DNA of 63,463 nt, counting the filler. It is 5 parts of 5 records of this genome, joined end to end, with 100 filler letters (N's around TTAATTAATTAA, not from the genome) between each part and the next. Parts side by side here need not be neighbours in the genome. Positions count along the whole stretch, not along the records: positions 1 to 19,176 come from SRR20825006_1702; positions 19,277 to 27,052 come from SRR20825006_1706; 3 more parts are not named here. One strand, 5' to 3'. The stretch's first letter is position 1. Each line of letters opens with the position of its first letter. This document shows positions 9,420 to 19,437 of the stretch, one piece after another. The position numbers and the translations under genes were made by a program. The notes below the pieces were generated by a model. It worked only from the letters and a program-made list of their open reading frames with translations. It was not told the origin of the DNA and made no database searches.

Positions 9420-9956
9420 ATGACCCGCATATTAGGTATTGACCCGGGGTCGCGTAAAACCGGTTTTGGCATTATCGAGCTGGAAGGCAAGAAAATTAAA
9501 CATGTCATTAACGGCCGGCTTATGGTGGGGGACGGTGAGTTTTCCGACAGGTTGAAGCAGATCTTTGAAGGCCTCACTGATCTGATTGATCGTTACCAGC
9601 CGCAGATGATGGCAGTGGAGAAAGTGTTTCTGCACAAAAATGCAGACTCGGCACTGAAACTGGGACAGGCCCGTGGCGCGGCAATATGCGCAGCAGTAAG
9701 CCGTGAGCTTAGTGTCGCTGAGTACAGTGCTACTCAGATTAAAAAAGCCGTGGTCGGCAACGGCCACGCGAAAAAAGATCAGGTCCAGTATATGATGTCT
9801 GTGATTCTGAACCTGCCGGAAGTGCCGGATGAAGATGCCGCCGATGCGTTAGCCTGTGCACTGACACATGCCCACCATGCATCCGTCGGTAGTAGCCAGC
9901 GCAAGTTGCCGGAAGGCATGCGCACTAGCCGTCGTGGAGGACGATATAGTCGATGA
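9420..9956 (+). CDS. ruvC: Holliday junction resolvase
   Basis: ILGIDPG, AVEKVF, LGQARG, DAADALA. Confidence 0.97.
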   Translation: MTRILGIDPGSRKTGFGIIELEGKKIKHVINGRLMVGDGEFSDRLKQIFEGLTDLIDRYQPQMMAVEKVFLHKNADSALKLGQARGAAICAAVSRELSVAEYSATQIKKAVVGNGHAKKDQVQYMMSVILNLPEVPDEDAADALACALTHAHHASVGSSQRKLPEGMRTSRRGGRYSR

Positions 9957-10555
9957 TTGGACGTTTGCGGGGCATTATTATCGAAAAGCAGCCACCTGAA
10001 CTGGTTCTGGATGTTCAGGGCGTCGGTTATGAATTGTCTGCACCGATGTCGACGTTCTTCAATCTGCCGGCCGTCAACGGCGAAGTCACCTTATTCACCC
10101 ACATGGTCGTGCGCGAGGACGCGCAGTTGCTCTATGGTTTTGCCTCCGAGCGGGAGCGTCTGCTGTTCCGCAGTCTGCTCAAGGTCAATGGTGTTGGCGC
10201 CAAGCTGGCATTAACCATTCTTTCCGGCAGTGATGTCGATACCTTTGCCCGCAGTGTGCAGGATGGTGATACGGCCAGCCTGACCCGGCTGCCCGGTGTC
10301 GGCAAAAAAACTGCCGAGCGGCTGATTGTGGAAATGCGTGATCGGCTTAAGGAAGTCAGCTCTGCCATGGGCCTGCAAAACTTCACGGCTGATCTGAATG
10401 CTACTGCTGCAGTGGGGGGCGCTCGAAACGAAGCCGTAGAAGCGCTGGTGGCATTGGGCTACAAAGCGGCTGAGGCCGACAAAATGTTGCGCAGTTTTGA
10501 CAGTGACGGCATGTCTACCGAGCAAATTATTCGTCAGGCACTGCAGAGGCACTGA
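9953..10555 (+). CDS. ruvA: Holliday junction branch migration protein RuvA
   Basis: [18 protein letters not shown], HhH motifs GVGAKLA and [10 protein letters not shown]. Confidence 0.97.
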   Translation: MIGRLRGIIIEKQPPELVLDVQGVGYELSAPMSTFFNLPAVNGEVTLFTHMVVREDAQLLYGFASERERLLFRSLLKVNGVGAKLALTILSGSDVDTFARSVQDGDTASLTRLPGVGKKTAERLIVEMRDRLKEVSSAMGLQNFTADLNATAAVGGARNEAVEALVALGYKAAEADKMLRSFDSDGMSTEQIIRQALQRH

Positions 10556-11571
10556 TGGAAGAACGATTTATTACCCCGCAGGCCACCGATAACGAGGAGC
10601 GGATTGACCGCGCCATTCGTCCGATCACGCTCGATGATTATATCGGTCAGCCGGTAGTGCGGGAACAGATGGAGTTATTTGTTTCAGCCGCCAGAAAACG
10701 CGGCGAAGCGCTCGATCATACTTTGATTTTTGGTCCACCCGGACTGGGTAAAACCACACTGGCCAATATTATCGCCAACGAAATGGGCGTGAACCTGAGA
10801 CAAACCTCGGGGCCAGTATTGGAGCGTCCCGGTGATCTGGCCGCCCTGCTGACCAATCTTGAACCCAACGATGTGCTGTTTGTGGATGAGATTCATCGTT
10901 TGAGCCCGGTGGTGGAAGAAGTGCTGTACCCGGCGATGGAAGATTATCAGATTGATATCATGATCGGTGAAGGCCCGGCAGCACGATCAATTAAGCTGGA
11001 TCTTGAGCCCTTTACGCTGGTGGGCGCCACCACCCGGGCCGGCTCGTTGACATCCCCCCTGCGGGATCGTTTCGGCATTGTGCAGCGGCTGGAATTCTAT
11101 TCTGCTGAAGACCTGAGCACCATTGTGCAGCGCAGTGCCGGTATTCTTAACGTCAAACTGGAACAGAGCGGTGCCACAGAAATTGCCCGCCGTTCACGGG
11201 GTACACCACGAATCGCTAACCGTCTGCTGAGACGGGTGCGGGATTATGCCGAAGTGAAATTCAATGGCGAAGTCACTGCCGAAGTTGCCCGTCAGGCACT
11301 GGACCTGCTGGATGTCGATAACTATGGTTTTGATATGCTGGACCGCAAGCTGCTGCTGGCCATCATTGAGAAATTCGAAGGCGGTCCGGTCGGTATTGAT
11401 AACCTGGCAGCCGCTATCGGTGAGGAAAGAGGCACCATCGAAGATGTGCTGGAACCCTACTTAATTCAGGAAGGTTTCATCATGCGCACCCCGCGTGGAC
11501 GCGTGGCGACACGTCGTGCCTGGCTGCACCTTGGCCTTAATACACCGGATTTAACGCTGGATGGGAATTAA
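10555..11571 (+). CDS. ruvB: Holliday junction branch migration ATPase RuvB
   Basis: Walker [33 protein letters not shown]. Confidence 0.98.
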   Translation: MEERFITPQATDNEERIDRAIRPITLDDYIGQPVVREQMELFVSAARKRGEALDHTLIFGPPGLGKTTLANIIANEMGVNLRQTSGPVLERPGDLAALLTNLEPNDVLFVDEIHRLSPVVEEVLYPAMEDYQIDIMIGEGPAARSIKLDLEPFTLVGATTRAGSLTSPLRDRFGIVQRLEFYSAEDLSTIVQRSAGILNVKLEQSGATEIARRSRGTPRIANRLLRRVRDYAEVKFNGEVTAEVARQALDLLDVDNYGFDMLDRKLLLAIIEKFEGGPVGIDNLAAAIGEERGTIEDVLEPYLIQEGFIMRTPRGRVATRRAWLHLGLNTPDLTLDGN

Positions 11572-11975
11572 TGGGTGAATTCGACTGGCCGGTACGGGTT
11601 TATTATGAAGATACCGACAGCGGCGGAGTCGTGTATCATTCGCAATATTTAAACTTCATGGAACGGGCACGGACTGAATGGTTGCGTGTACTGGGGTTTG
11701 AACAGGACCAGCTCAGGACTGAGAATAAGCTGTTGTTCGCTGTGCATTCGATGCAAATCACTTATCGTAAGCCAGCGCGTTTTAACGATGCTTTGTTGAT
11801 CAAATCACGTTTACATAAAGCCTCCGGTGCTAGTATGCAATTTGAACAAAACATCTATCGTGGCGAGGAACTGTTGTGCGAGGCGTCAGTCAGAATTGCG
11901 TGCCTCGACGCGGAGTCTTTTCGCCCCAAATCCATCCCACCCTTCATTTTGACGGAGATGCATAGTGTCTGCTGA
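11571..11975 (+). CDS. ybgC: Tol-Pal-associated acyl-CoA thioesterase
   Basis: RVYYEDTDSGGVVYH; conserved position before tolQ. Confidence 0.95.
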   Translation: MGEFDWPVRVYYEDTDSGGVVYHSQYLNFMERARTEWLRVLGFEQDQLRTENKLLFAVHSMQITYRKPARFNDALLIKSRLHKASGASMQFEQNIYRGEELLCEASVRIACLDAESFRPKSIPPFILTEMHSVC

Positions 11976-12633
11976 TCTATCTATTATCGCGCTGATTTCC
12001 GAAGCCAGTTTACTGGTTAAACTGGTTATGTTGGCGTTGCTGCTAATCTCGTTTTACTCCTGGCTGCTGATTTTCCGCAAACGCAGCGAACTTGAGCAGG
12101 CAAAACGCGATGCCGATGCATTCGAAGACAAATTCTGGTCGGGTAATGAGCTCAACCGACTGTATGAAGATATTTCTTCCCGTCCCCACGCCAGTCGCGG
12201 TATGGAGGGTATTTTCGAAGTCGGTTTTAAAGAGTTTGTCCGGCTGAAGAAGTCCACGAACGGCAGTAATGCGGTTCTGGAAGGTTCACAGCGGGTAATG
12301 CGGATCTCACTCGCACGCGAAATTGACCAATTGGAAACCTCATTGCCGTTCCTGGCCACGGCCGGGTCTACCAGTCCCTACATCGGTCTGTTCGGCACGG
12401 TCTGGGGGATTATGAATTCATTCCGTGCACTGGGGAATGTGCAACACGCGACACTGGCGATGGTGGCACCCGGTATTGCCGAAGCGCTGATTGCGACAGC
12501 GATGGGCCTGTTTGCTGCCATACCGGCAGTAATTGCTTACAACCGCTATTCGCATGAAGTGGAAAGGCTGATTAACCGTTACGATACGTTCCTTGAGGAA
12601 TTTTCTTCCATCCTGCAGCGTCAACAGGATTAA
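11965..12633 (+). CDS. tolQ: TolQ
   Basis: SPYIGLFGTVWGIM, APGIAEALIATAMGL; GTG start with GGAG RBS. Confidence 0.96.
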   Translation: MSADLSIIALISEASLLVKLVMLALLLISFYSWLLIFRKRSELEQAKRDADAFEDKFWSGNELNRLYEDISSRPHASRGMEGIFEVGFKEFVRLKKSTNGSNAVLEGSQRVMRISLAREIDQLETSLPFLATAGSTSPYIGLFGTVWGIMNSFRALGNVQHATLAMVAPGIAEALIATAMGLFAAIPAVIAYNRYSHEVERLINRYDTFLEEFSSILQRQQD

Positions 12634-12635
12634 TC

Positions 12636-13091
12636 ATGGCTGTGCATAAATCGATACGACAACGCCGCAAGCCTATGGGTGAAATCAACGTCGTACCTTA
12701 CATCGACGTAATGCTCGTGCTGTTGATCATTTTTATGGTCACAGCGCCGATGCTGACTCAGGGTGTGAAGGTGAACCTGCCGCAGGCGGAAGCCGAGGCG
12801 GTGGAAATGCCGGATGAAAATACCGAACCGCTGGTCGTCTCCGTTGACGCCGAGGGTAATTTTTATGTGGCTATTGGTGATCGGCAGGATGAGCCCATAG
12901 AGGCGCGTGAGCTGATGACGAAGACGGCTGCTGTACTGCGACGTAATCCGCAGACGCCGGTCATGGTAAGAGGCGATAATGCAGTCAACTATGGCTATGT
13001 CGTCACAGCCATGGCACTGTTACAGAAAGCCGGGGCGCCGAGCGTGGGTCTGATAACACAGCAGCCGGATCCGGTGGTGAACGACGAATAA
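12636..13091 (+). CDS. tolR: TolR
   Basis: EINVVPYIDVMLVLLIIFMVTAP. Confidence 0.96.
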   Translation: MAVHKSIRQRRKPMGEINVVPYIDVMLVLLIIFMVTAPMLTQGVKVNLPQAEAEAVEMPDENTEPLVVSVDAEGNFYVAIGDRQDEPIEARELMTKTAAVLRRNPQTPVMVRGDNAVNYGYVVTAMALLQKAGAPSVGLITQQPDPVVNDE

Positions 13092-13099
13092 GAACAAAC

Positions 13100-14257
13100 A
13101 TGAAAAAGGCTTTCGTTGAAAACTTCCTGGCAGGCAGTTATTCGCTGTTACTGCATTTGCTACTGGTCGTCCTGCTGGTCATAGGGCTGGAGTCGACCAG
13201 TACGCCTGAGCTTGCCTCGAATCCCAATGTGGAAATCGTGCAGGCCACAGTGCTGGATGAAAACCTGATAGAGAAGGAAATGGCAAAACTGGATGAGCGT
13301 GAGAAGCAGGAACGCGACGCCGAGCAGGAACGCCAACAGAAGCTGGAAGAAAAACTGGAACAGACTCAGGAAGAACTGGCACGTCAGGAACAGGAATATC
13401 TCGACATGCAGGAGCGCGCTGAGCTGGATAAAAAGCAGCGTGAAAAAGAAGCCGAAGCAGAACAACAGCGTATCCAGGAACTGGAAAAACAGCGAGAATT
13501 GGAAGAACAGAAGCGACTGGAAGCGGAAAAACAGCGGCAACTCGAAGAACAGCGCCGCCAGAAAGCTGAAGCAGAACGCAAACAGATTGAAGAACAGAAA
13601 CGCCAGGCCGAGCTTGAGCGTCAGCGCATAGAGGAAGAAAAGCAGAAAGCTGAAGCCGAGCGCCAGCGCATTGAAGAAGAAAAGCGCAAAGCCGAAGCTG
13701 AGCGGCAACGCATAGAGGAAGAAAAACAAAAGGCTGAAGCCGAACGTCAGCGCATCGAGGAAGAAAAACGTAAAGCTGAGGCAGAACGCAAACGACTCGA
13801 GGAAGAAAAGCGCAAGGCCGAAGAAGAACAAAAAAGATTAGCTGAAGAGAAACGAAAAGCTGCAGAAGAAGCTAAACGCAAAGCCGCAGAAGAGGCCAAG
13901 CGTCGGGATGAACAATTGCTGCAGGATCAGCTGGCCGCTGAAGCGGAAGAAATGAATCGAAAACGCGTGGCGGGGGTATTGAATATCTATGCCCAGCAGA
14001 TTCAAAGCCGAGTCAAGCGTTATTGGTCGAAACCGATAAACGCTAAATCAGGGATGTCAGTGACTCTGGAAGTGAAACTCATACCCGGTGGCGACGTGAA
14101 GAGTGTCAAAGTCATCAAATCCAGCGGCGACCCGATTTTTGACCGCTCTGCTGAGAATGCTGTCTATAAAGCGGCACCCATGCCCATGCCTTCTGACCCC
14201 GATGCAACACAGAAGATCATCAGCGAAGGTATTGAGTTTGAATTTAAACCCGAATAA
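13100..14257 (+). CDS. tolA: TolA
   Basis: N-terminal TM with SLLLH, long charged helix, TonB-C-like domain (SSGDPIFDRSA); operon position. Confidence 0.93.
   Translation: MKKAFVENFLAGSYSLLLHLLLVVLLVIGLESTSTPELASNPNVEIVQATVLDENLIEKEMAKLDEREKQERDAEQERQQKLEEKLEQTQEELARQEQEYLDMQERAELDKKQREKEAEAEQQRIQELEKQRELEEQKRLEAEKQRQLEEQRRQKAEAERKQIEEQKRQAELERQRIEEEKQKAEAERQRIEEEKRKAEAERQRIEEEKQKAEAERQRIEEEKRKAEAERKRLEEEKRKAEEEQKRLAEEKRKAAEEAKRKAAEEAKRRDEQLLQDQLAAEAEEMNRKRVAGVLNIYAQQIQSRVKRYWSKPINAKSGMSVTLEVKLIPGGDVKSVKVIKSSGDPIFDRSAENAVYKAAPMPMPSDPDATQKIISEGIEFEFKPE
13566..13820 (+). repeat. 42-bp (14-aa) tandem coding repeat AEAERQRIEEEK(Q/R)K in tolA, about six degenerate units
   Basis: Read directly from the translation; synonymous codon differences between units. 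Confidence 0.85.
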
Positions 14258-14269
14258 GAGGAAAACATA

Positions 14270-15571
14270 ATGGCACAAACTGTCTTGCGTTATCTTTTGG
14301 TAATGTTAGTAATGGTATTGCCATTAAAGGCTAATGCCGTTCTGAAAATTGAAATCACCGGTGGATCAGAGGCCGCATTACCCATTGCGATTGTGCCTTT
14401 TGGTGTCGAGGGTTACGCGCCGCCGGAAGATATTTCCGAGATCATCAGTAATGATCTGGCGAGCAGCGGTCGTTTCGCCCCGCTGGAAAAACGGGATCTG
14501 ATTTCACAACCGCATGAAGGGGAGCAGGTCAATTTTCAGGACTGGCGCCTGCTACGCTCAGAAGGTTTGTTGATAGGCAAGATCAGCAGCCAGGACGGTG
14601 AAAATTTTCAGGTACAGTTCCAGTTATTCGACGTTTACAAAGCCGAACAACTGGTCGGTAAACGTTATAACGTACCGGCGTCGGGGTTGCGCAGCCTCGC
14701 ACACCAGATTGCCGATGTCGTCTATGAAACGCTGACCGGTGAGAAAGGCGTTTTTTCGACCCGTCTCGCCTTTGTCAGCGAAATGAAAAATGCGGATGGC
14801 AGCAAGCGCTATGCCCTGCAGGTTTCTGATGCCGATGGTGGTAATCCTCGCACCGTCTTGCAATCGACTCAACCGATTATGTCACCCAGCTGGGCGCCTG
14901 ACGGAGAGCGCTTGGCTTATGTTTCATTCGAAAATGCCAAATCCGAAGTTTTTGTTCAGGAACTGAGCAGCGGTCGTCGTAATTCAGTGGCCTCTTTCCG
15001 CGGCCTTAACAGCGCTCCGGCCTGGTCGCCTGACGGCAAAAAACTGGCGCTGACCTTATCAAAAAATGGCAACCCGGAAATTTATGTGCTTGAGCTGGCG
15101 TCTGGTAATTTATCTCGAGTGACACACAATTCAGGTGCGATAGATACCGAGGCTGTGTGGATGCCCAACGGCAGTGAGATTCTGTTTACTTCTGATCGCG
15201 GCGGACGTCCGCAGATCTATCGTGTTGATGCCGATGGCGGCCGTGCCGAGCGTGTCACCTTTGAAGGCAGTTATAATGCCTCTGCAGACATTTCCCCGGA
15301 TGGCAAAACCATGGCCATGGTTCATGCTGTCAATGGCAAATTTCATATTGCCATCCAGGATCTGCAGACTGGCGCAGTACAGGTGTTGACTGACACCACT
15401 GCAGACGAATCCCCGAGCTTTGCGCCTAACGGCCGCATGATCTTGTATGCTACCGAGCAAAAAGGCAGAGGTGTATTAGCGGCTGTGTCCGTTGATGGCC
15501 GAATCAAGCAGCGCCTGGGTGAATCAGGTAGCGCGGTACGTGAACCAGCATGGTCGCCTTTTAGACGTTAA
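14270..15571 (+). CDS. tolB: TolB beta-propeller protein
   Basis: Signal peptide, PIAIVPF, repeated P.WSPDG (PD40) motifs. Confidence 0.97.
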   Translation: MAQTVLRYLLVMLVMVLPLKANAVLKIEITGGSEAALPIAIVPFGVEGYAPPEDISEIISNDLASSGRFAPLEKRDLISQPHEGEQVNFQDWRLLRSEGLLIGKISSQDGENFQVQFQLFDVYKAEQLVGKRYNVPASGLRSLAHQIADVVYETLTGEKGVFSTRLAFVSEMKNADGSKRYALQVSDADGGNPRTVLQSTQPIMSPSWAPDGERLAYVSFENAKSEVFVQELSSGRRNSVASFRGLNSAPAWSPDGKKLALTLSKNGNPEIYVLELASGNLSRVTHNSGAIDTEAVWMPNGSEILFTSDRGGRPQIYRVDADGGRAERVTFEGSYNASADISPDGKTMAMVHAVNGKFHIAIQDLQTGAVQVLTDTTADESPSFAPNGRMILYATEQKGRGVLAAVSVDGRIKQRLGESGSAVREPAWSPFRR

Positions 15572-15589
15572 TCCGATAGGAGATTTTCA

Positions 15590-16159
15590 ATGAAGTTTTT
15601 AAAATTATTTGCAATGGTACTGCCTCTGTTTTTCCTGGCAGCGTGTAGCTCGTCACCTGATAAAGGAATGGACGGTGGCGATGTCGCCGTTGAGGAGCGT
15701 GGTGCTGACACTGCGGGTGTTAGTGGGCAGGGTGCAGACGGCGAAGATATGGGCGCCGAAGCCAAAGTGGTAGTTGGTGAAGATGGTTATGCCGGCAATG
15801 AGCTGAATGACCCGTCAAGCCCATTGTCTAACCGTGTTGTCTACTTTGATTACGATAGCGATGTGGTTCGCAGTGAAGATCAGGAAACTTTGCGTGCCCA
15901 TGGTGCTTATCTGGCTAAAAACCCTAATTTGACTGTACGTCTGGAAGGGCATACTGACGAACGTGGTTCGCGTGAATACAACCTGGCTCTCGGTGAACGC
16001 CGAGCTTTGTCAGTACGTCAAATTCTGATGCTGCAAGGTGCCAGTATTGATCAGTTCCAGGTCACCAGTTTTGGTGAAGAGCGCCCTGCCGAAGACGGTA
16101 GCAGCGAATACGCCTGGTCACAAAACCGTCGTGTTGAACTTAAATATATAGGTCGATAA
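15590..16159 (+). CDS. pal: Peptidoglycan-associated lipoprotein
   Basis: Lipobox LAAC, YFDYDS, EGHTDERGSREYNLALGERRA. Confidence 0.97.
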   Translation: MKFLKLFAMVLPLFFLAACSSSPDKGMDGGDVAVEERGADTAGVSGQGADGEDMGAEAKVVVGEDGYAGNELNDPSSPLSNRVVYFDYDSDVVRSEDQETLRAHGAYLAKNPNLTVRLEGHTDERGSREYNLALGERRALSVRQILMLQGASIDQFQVTSFGEERPAEDGSSEYAWSQNRRVELKYIGR

Positions 16160-16162
16160 AAA

Positions 16163-16972
16163 ATGCAGTTTAACGGCAAGAAAAACATTCTCAGTGCCGT
16201 GATTCTGGCTGCTACTCTGCCCGGCATCAGCTGGGCAGAGGAAGCAGAGCCGCTACAGCAGCGTGTTGAGCGCTTGGAGCGCATTATCCAGGGTCAAGGA
16301 TTGATGAACCTCATCACCCGCGTTGATCAGTTACAGAATGAAATTAAGCGTCTCAATGGTGAAAATGAAACGCTGCGCCACGAACTGGAACAGATGCAGA
16401 AACGTCAGCGTGAAATGTATATCGATCTGGATGAAAGGTTGACTCAGCAAGCCCAGTCAGTGCCGTCGGCACCTGCAGATACGCCGGCAAATATCAATCC
16501 GGATCTGACTATGTCAAGTGACGGAAATATGCCCGCAGTTGACGAGCCGGGCGAGTCTGCTGCTCCAAATTCTGCCCCAGCCTCAGTTGAAAACGGTGAA
16601 GCGGCATACCAGGCCGCCTTACAATCTTTACGCAGTGGTCAATATGAAGAAGCCATTGCCGCTTTACAGACTTTCCCCGAAGAATATCCAGGCAGCATTT
16701 ATTTGCCTAATGCCTATTACTGGCAGGGTGAAGCCAAATATGTGTTGCGTGAGTTTGCCGATGCCGCCGCCCTGTTCCAGATCGTGATTGAACAATATCC
16801 ATCCAGCACCAAAGTGTCAGATGCTTTACTCAAGCGCGGGTTCAGTGAACATGAAATGGGCGACACACAACGCGCTGTGGCAACTTTGAATCAAGTCATC
16901 CAACAATATCCTGACAGTTCTGCTGCCAAGCTGGCGCAGGTCAGACTGGATCGCATCAATCAATCACAATAA
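16163..16972 (+). CDS. cpoB: Tol-Pal protein CpoB/YbgF
   Basis: Signal peptide, RVERLER coiled coil, C-terminal TPRs (NAYYWQGE, DALLK); follows pal. Confidence 0.93.
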   Translation: MQFNGKKNILSAVILAATLPGISWAEEAEPLQQRVERLERIIQGQGLMNLITRVDQLQNEIKRLNGENETLRHELEQMQKRQREMYIDLDERLTQQAQSVPSAPADTPANINPDLTMSSDGNMPAVDEPGESAAPNSAPASVENGEAAYQAALQSLRSGQYEEAIAALQTFPEEYPGSIYLPNAYYWQGEAKYVLREFADAAALFQIVIEQYPSSTKVSDALLKRGFSEHEMGDTQRAVATLNQVIQQYPDSSAAKLAQVRLDRINQSQ

Positions 16973-16992
16973 ACACTGAGCCGGAAATCATT

Positions 16993-17634
16993 ATGGCCCA
17001 GTGCCGCATTACCGAAATATTCTATTCTTTACAGGGCGAGACCCGGACCGTGGGCTTGCCCACGGTTTTTATCAGACTGACGGGCTGTCCGCTGCGTTGT
17101 GGTTACTGTGACACCGAGTACGCTTTCTACGGCGGCGAGAAAATGGAAATCGCCGATATCGTCGAGCAGGTAGCCAGTTATCAGCCGCGCTATGTTTGTG
17201 TCACCGGTGGCGAACCACTGGCACAACCCAATTGCCTTCCTTTGCTTAGCGCAATCTGTGATTTAGGTGTTGAAGTCTCGCTGGAAACCAGTGGCGCGAT
17301 GGATATCAGCAAAGTCGATCCCCGGGTTGTGAAGGTCATGGATCTAAAAACCCCCGGTTCCGGTGAAGAGAACAAAAACCGTTACAGTAATATTGAATTA
17401 TTGCGCGAGCAGGATCAGCTTAAGTTTGTGATTTGTCATCGTGAGGATTATGACTGGGCCAGCGCTAAGATAGATGAATATCAGCTTTCCGAACGCTGTG
17501 AGATCTTGTTTTCGCCGATTCATGATGAGCTCAAACCGGCCGAGTTGGCAGACTGGATTGTGGCTGATAACCTGCCGGTCAGAATGCAGCTGCAAATACA
17601 CAAATATCTATGGGGAGACGAAAAAGGCCGATGA
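16993..17634 (+). CDS. queE: 7-carboxy-7-deazaguanine synthase (radical SAM)
   Basis: [32 protein letters not shown]. Confidence 0.96.
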   Translation: MAQCRITEIFYSLQGETRTVGLPTVFIRLTGCPLRCGYCDTEYAFYGGEKMEIADIVEQVASYQPRYVCVTGGEPLAQPNCLPLLSAICDLGVEVSLETSGAMDISKVDPRVVKVMDLKTPGSGEENKNRYSNIELLREQDQLKFVICHREDYDWASAKIDEYQLSERCEILFSPIHDELKPAELADWIVADNLPVRMQLQIHKYLWGDEKGR

Positions 17635-18302
17635 AGCGAGCCGTGATTTTGTTATCTGGTGGTCTGGACTCGGCAACCGTACTCGCCATTGCCAAATCGG
17701 AAGGTTACGACTGCTATACCATCAGCTTTGACTATGGCCAGCGTCATCGCGCTGAACTCTCGGCCTCAGCCTTGTTATCAAAACAACTCGGGGCGATAAC
17801 GCACAAAGTTATCAATATTGACCTCACTGCGATTGGTGGGTCAGCGCTGACCGACAACAGTATCGATGTACCGCACGAAAATCATGAGGGTATTCCGGTC
17901 ACCTATGTGCCGGCACGTAATACGGTGTTTATGTCAATTGCCCTGGGCTGGGCCGAAGTGCTTGAAGCTGAGGCGGTATTTGTTGGCGTCAATGCTGTGG
18001 ATTATTCCGGGTACCCAGACTGCCGTCCTGACTATATTGCGGCCTTTGAGAAAATGGCGAATCTCGCCACCAAGTCTGGGGTGGAAGGGCATCCACTCAA
18101 AATCGCTACGCCACTAATTGATTTGAGCAAACAAGATATTATCCAACGCGGTATTGAGCTCGGCATAGATTACAGTTTGACAGTATCCTGCTATCAAGCC
18201 GATGAAACAGGTCGTGCCTGCGGGGAGTGCGACTCCTGCCGCTTCCGCAGGCAGGGTTTTGAGAAGGCCGGTATCAAAGACCCGACGCGTTATGCGCCTT
18301 GA
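17631..18302 (+). CDS. queC: 7-cyano-7-deazaguanine synthase
   Basis: SGGLDS, TYVPARN, YPDCR, SCY...CGECDSC; ATG overlaps the queE stop (ATGA). Confidence 0.97.
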   Translation: MKRAVILLSGGLDSATVLAIAKSEGYDCYTISFDYGQRHRAELSASALLSKQLGAITHKVINIDLTAIGGSALTDNSIDVPHENHEGIPVTYVPARNTVFMSIALGWAEVLEAEAVFVGVNAVDYSGYPDCRPDYIAAFEKMANLATKSGVEGHPLKIATPLIDLSKQDIIQRGIELGIDYSLTVSCYQADETGRACGECDSCRFRRQGFEKAGIKDPTRYAP

Positions 18303-18583
18303 TCAAGACCAAAACGGGGCGCTTCATCAGTTTCCGCTTCCATTTCATAGGTTTCAAAAGCTTCTAGTGTCTTAATCAATTTTGTGTGCAACTGCGCATC
18401 CTCGCCAAAGCGGATATATTCTTCAGCTGCATGCGCGATCGCTTCCAGCATACGGCTGCGTTCCTCCAGATACAGCAAGGCATGACCGATATGATGATGG
18501 TCATTACCGGTTTCACGCAGCAACTCAGCATTATTCAAAGCAGTCGAAAAAGTGGGTTTATCCGGTTTTGGAATGACGGCCAT
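18290..18583 (-). CDS. Small acidic hypothetical protein
   Basis: About 97-aa ORF with GAGGTG RBS before ATG 18583; converges on queC with a short overlap. Confidence 0.7.
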   Translation of the reverse strand: MAVIPKPDKPTFSTALNNAELLRETGNDHHHIGHALLYLEERSRMLEAIAHAAEEYIRFGEDAQLHTKLIKTLEAFETYEMEAETDEAPRFGLDQGA

Positions 18584-18625
18584 GTCTGCCACCTCAATAA
18601 ATAGAAAAAAATGTTCGGTTAGGGG

Positions 18626-18653
18626 TTGTCATTTATCTCAAATAAGGTATCAT
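18626..18653 (+). promoter_or_regulatory. Sigma70-type promoter of tRNA-Lys
   Basis: TTGTCA-16 bp-TATCAT, followed by a GCGC discriminator. Confidence 0.65.
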
Positions 18654-18667
18654 TTTGCGCTTCTTCG

Positions 18668-18743
18668 GGGCCGTTAGCTCAGTTGGTAGAGCACCGGACT
18701 TTTAATCCGTTGGTCCTGCGTTCGAGTCGCAGACGGCCCACCA
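18668..18743 (+). tRNA. trnK: tRNA-Lys (anticodon UUU)
   Basis: 76-nt cloverleaf: GGGCCGT/ACGGCCC acceptor stem, D arm AGCTCAGTTGGTAGAGC, anticodon loop CTTTTAA, T loop TTCGAGT, encoded CCA. Confidence 0.97.
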
Positions 18744-18750
18744 AGAATTC

Positions 18751-18786
18751 AAAAGGGTTATGCTTATTTCAAGCATAGCCCTTTTT
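18751..18786 (+). terminator. Intrinsic terminator after tRNA-Lys
   Basis: AAAAGGGTTATGCTT-ATTTC-AAGCATAGCCCTTTTT. Confidence 0.88.
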
Positions 18787-19024
18787 CATTTCTGCCACCA
18801 AGAAAATTCATCCAGGCAGCCATTTCAGCCACACGCTTGTGTCTGTCTCAGACTCATCATTAAGCAAAGCCGGATAGCAGTCCGTGACCAGGCTCACATC
18901 TCACTACCAATAAGTCTATTTATTGCATTTTATTTTTGCAGCAGAAAAACAGCTAAGTAACTCTTGATATTGTCTTTTATCAGGACCATCATGACAGAAT
19001 GATGACAACGGCGAAAATTAGCTG

Positions 19025-19174
19025 TTGCAATGCCTCCAGCGCTAACGTAAGATGCGCAGCCTCAGTTGATGAGCTTTGTTCGCAAAGCGAATTAACACTG
19101 ATTCCAGACTGAAATTTCTGACTCAAAAATGATTCAAGTATTTCGGTTGACAGCCTGGCGGAGAGCTGTATAAT
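19025..19174 (+). promoter_or_regulatory. Tandem P1/P2-type stable-RNA promoters, probably of an rRNA operon
   Basis: TTGCAA-17-TAAGAT plus GCGCAGCC discriminator (19025-19053) and perfect TTGACA-16-TATAAT (19147-19174), about 120 bp apart, at the contig end. Confidence 0.75.
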
Positions 19175-19176
19175 TC

Positions 19177-19276
19177 NNNNNNNNNNNNNNNNNNNNNNNN
19201 NNNNNNNNNNNNNNNNNNNNTTAATTAATTAANNNNNNNNNNNNNNNNNNNNNNNNNNNNNNNNNNNNNNNNNNNN
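19177..19276. other. Artificial contig spacer
   Basis: N44-TTAATTAATTAA-N44; composition changes across it. Confidence 0.99.
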
Positions 19277-19277
19277 C

Positions 19278-19430
19278 ACGTTCGCGCTGCAAAACACGGC
19301 CGTCTTAAAAGTCAGTTTTCTGTTCTGGTCCTTTCATATTTCCCAAGCACTCCTCATCGCCCTCTGCGGAGCGGTCGGTGTGGTCCTCGGATTATTCTTC
19401 AGCCTGTCGCGCAAGTTGAAGAAAAAGTGA
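19278..19430 (+). CDS. LapA/DUF1049-family small membrane protein, 3' part (not in ORF track)
   Basis: Manual translation TFALQNTAVLKVSFLFWSFHISQALLIALCGAVGVVLGLFFSLSRKLKKK*, with the F..QN...V.FLFW pattern. Confidence 0.7.
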   Translation, partial: TFALQNTAVLKVSFLFWSFHISQALLIALCGAVGVVLGLFFSLSRKLKKK

Positions 19431-19437
19431 TTCAACC

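Noticed and set aside
13566-13820. Periodic 42-bp repeat considered as a CRISPR array
   Set aside because: In-frame coding repeat with no unique spacers and no cas genes; no CRISPR array seen anywhere in the window
13160-13831. 223-aa Phe/Leu-rich ORF antisense to tolA
   Set aside because: Shadow of GAA/AAA-rich tolA codons
16993-18743. queE-queC as a possible 7-deazaguanine DNA-modification (dpd) system
   Set aside because: Standard tol-pal-cpoB-queE-queC-tRNA-Lys arrangement; no dpdA/tgt paralog or restriction genes
18760-18960. 66-aa ORF after tRNA-Lys
   Set aside because: Starts inside the terminator hairpin, no RBS, no recognisable features
18668-19020. tRNA-Lys as an integration site
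   Set aside because: No integrase and no duplicated tRNA 3' end; followed by its terminator and rrn-type promoters
19221-19232. TTAATTAATTAA repeated four times in the window
   Set aside because: Synthetic six-frame stop linker inside N spacers; not biological
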